Origin: Moniliella sp. 'wahieum'
Lineage: Eukaryota
Length of the DNA: 64,000 nucleotides
Assembly (NCBI GenBank): GCA_003971905.1
Contig: RSEE01000107.1
Location: 62,001-126,000, forward strand
Direction: 5' to 3'
Below, in pieces: positions 62,502 through 64,000 of the stretch. Made by a program: the position numbers and the translations under genes. A model generated the notes under the pieces. It was not told where the DNA came from, did no database searches, and saw only the letters and a list, made by a program, of their open reading frames with translations. The number at the start of each line of letters is the position of its first letter. The stretch's first letter is position 1.

Positions 62502-63009
62502 CTAGCCACAACGACTAAGTGACTCGGGACTAGTGACTCTGGAGGTTGGCTTTTGGAGAAGGGGGATGGACGATTGGTGATTGGTGACAGGTGATTGGCG
62601 ATCCTTACCCAGTTCGTCTGACGTCCAACAACGCATCAGAAAGGCCCAAGGGGAAACAAAGAGCAAAAAACGGGTTTGGCTTCCGCCTTGCACGCTGGTT
62701 GCTCTCCTCTTGTCCTGGGTTGGTAAGTTGAGCATGCAACAAATGTGGTTCGGCCACGGTGCATGCGGAACAGACGGATGGAGAGGGTACAAGCGAACAA
62801 GGAAGACTACGCAAGACACAGAGAGATGGAGTTGGAGTTGCAATGCAAATACAGAAGATACAGATACAGATACACATCCAGGTCGGATCAGAATACTGGA
62901 GAAAACAAAACGATGCCAAACGAGAGAAAAAGGGAACAAAGGGTCAGTTCAGTCCGTCCTTCGTGTCAACGATGCTCATGAATCGCATCGCTGCTCGCCG
63001 TCAAGGGAA

Positions 63010-63103
63010 GGCTCAGATGGTGGTGCATAGTAGAGCAGGCTCATAGTATGCCGTGGTCAAGCCACGTGCTCACAGCTCATAAAGGGATAGAATCATCTCC
63101 GCC
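63010..63103 (-). ncRNA. snR55: box C/D snoRNA snR55/U33 (SNORD33) homologue
   Basis: Guide ATGCACCACCA directly before D box CTGA, complementary to the conserved 18S stretch TGGTGGTGCAT; C-like AGATGAT; terminal GGC/GCC stem; intronic. Confidence 0.85.
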
Positions 63104-63216
63104 AGACACTTGTATCAAGCACACACATACCATACTGGACAACAAAACAAAAAGAGCCAAGTCAGCAAATGTGCAATAAGGCAGACGTTTGGTCTGGAGC
63201 CTAGAGGGGGGGGGAA

Positions 63217-63293
63217 GGGTCATAAGTTTTTTTGGTATTTTGGGTGTCTTCACTGATCCTTCAGTAGCAGAACTGGATGATTCGAATCATACC
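63217..63293 (-). ncRNA. snR61: box C/D snoRNA snR61/U38 (SNORD38) homologue
   Basis: TCCAGTTCTGCTACTGAAGG: guide CCAGTTCTGCT complementary to 25S AGCAGAACTGG, followed by D' CTGA; C-like GTATGAT and D-like ATGA within a GGG/CCC terminal stem; intronic. Confidence 0.88.
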
Positions 63294-64000
63294 CATGTGC
63301 GAGGTGCAGCGACTTACCATAACGAAAGGGGAAGAAACCAGGGCCCAAGGAAACCGGGCCAACGACCCGAGGGTCGAGCGTGGTCAGGCCAGGTTGCGTG
63401 TGGTGGTGTGTACCAACCCCCACGAGCTGGTTGGAGCTTCTGAAAAGCAAAAAAAAAAATAGCGCGGTGGAGGTCGGGCGGAACGGGAGCAACGTCTCTT
63501 ATGTTCCGCCAACGTGTGATCACTCGTGTCACATGTCACATGTCACACGTGATCACCTGGAAGAAACGGCGGGGGATTGTGGGGCCGGTGAGGCCGGTGA
63601 GAAGATGCATGCCTGATTTGTTGTGTCAATGAGCAAGCTGGTGGAGGACGGGCGAGCGACTAGAATACTGCGGTAACTTCGATAACCGGAATAACGATAC
63701 CCAGGTTGCAAAGAGATACAGACAAGAATGAAGTCGATGATCGATGAAGCTAGTAGGAGAAAAGACGAACCGAGACGCACAGACTGCTCGGTGCTGGGCT
63801 CTCGCACTCTCTACCTCTGCCCGCAGGATAGAGAGGAGCGAGGGCGGACAGCGACGCTCCCAAGCCGGCAAGGGGGTGCTGCTTCTCCCGAGAAAGAAGC
63901 AAGCGAAAGAAACCTACTCCCCACCGCCTTGAGAGCGTGAGGGCCTCAGTCGAAAGCGAATGTTGGGCTGGCAGTGTGGCGGCGAGCGTGTGTGCAGGAT

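Larger units (their letters stand above)
62896..63340 (-). ncRNA. spliced non-coding snoRNA host transcript (introns 63135-63317 and 62896-63130; 4-nt exon TATG); outer ends not defined
   Basis: GTAAGT...GCTGAC...CAG, then TATG, then GTATGT...CTGAC...CAG. The spliced product reads ATG TAT GTA TTC TGA. Confidence 0.75.

Overview
GC-rich, intron-poor fungal genomic DNA (GT-AG introns with CTRAC branch points). Gene content and style suggest Basidiomycota, probably Ustilaginomycotina (inference). Nearly every conserved gene has several 1-bp frameshifts, best explained as long-read indel errors, so CDS limits were stitched by eye and are approximate. About 17 protein genes are recognisable: a PFK-2/FBPase-2 homologue lacking the phosphatase His, COX6, U2AF65, STI1, a USP36/42-type deubiquitinase, a probably mitochondrial DEAD-box helicase, an AAAP amino-acid permease, NPC2, SQS1-like R3H/G-patch, MSW1, NUP82, ARMC8, eIF3f, a secreted alpha/beta-hydrolase-like protein, CMC1, a double CRAL-TRIO protein and an IKS1 kinase. 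Highlights the ORF track does not show: (1) a ~1.25 kb ORF-free segment (57.8-59.0 kb) that folds by eye into a deeply nested multi-arm RNA ending at a 5' splice site, class unknown; (2) a fragmented p31comet/MAD2L1BP-like HORMA gene (41.0-43.4 kb); (3) a non-coding host transcript whose two introns carry box C/D snoRNAs snR61/U38 and snR55/U33, separated by a 4-nt micro-exon; (4) two smaller candidate structured RNAs and a degenerate ~80-130 bp repeat array.
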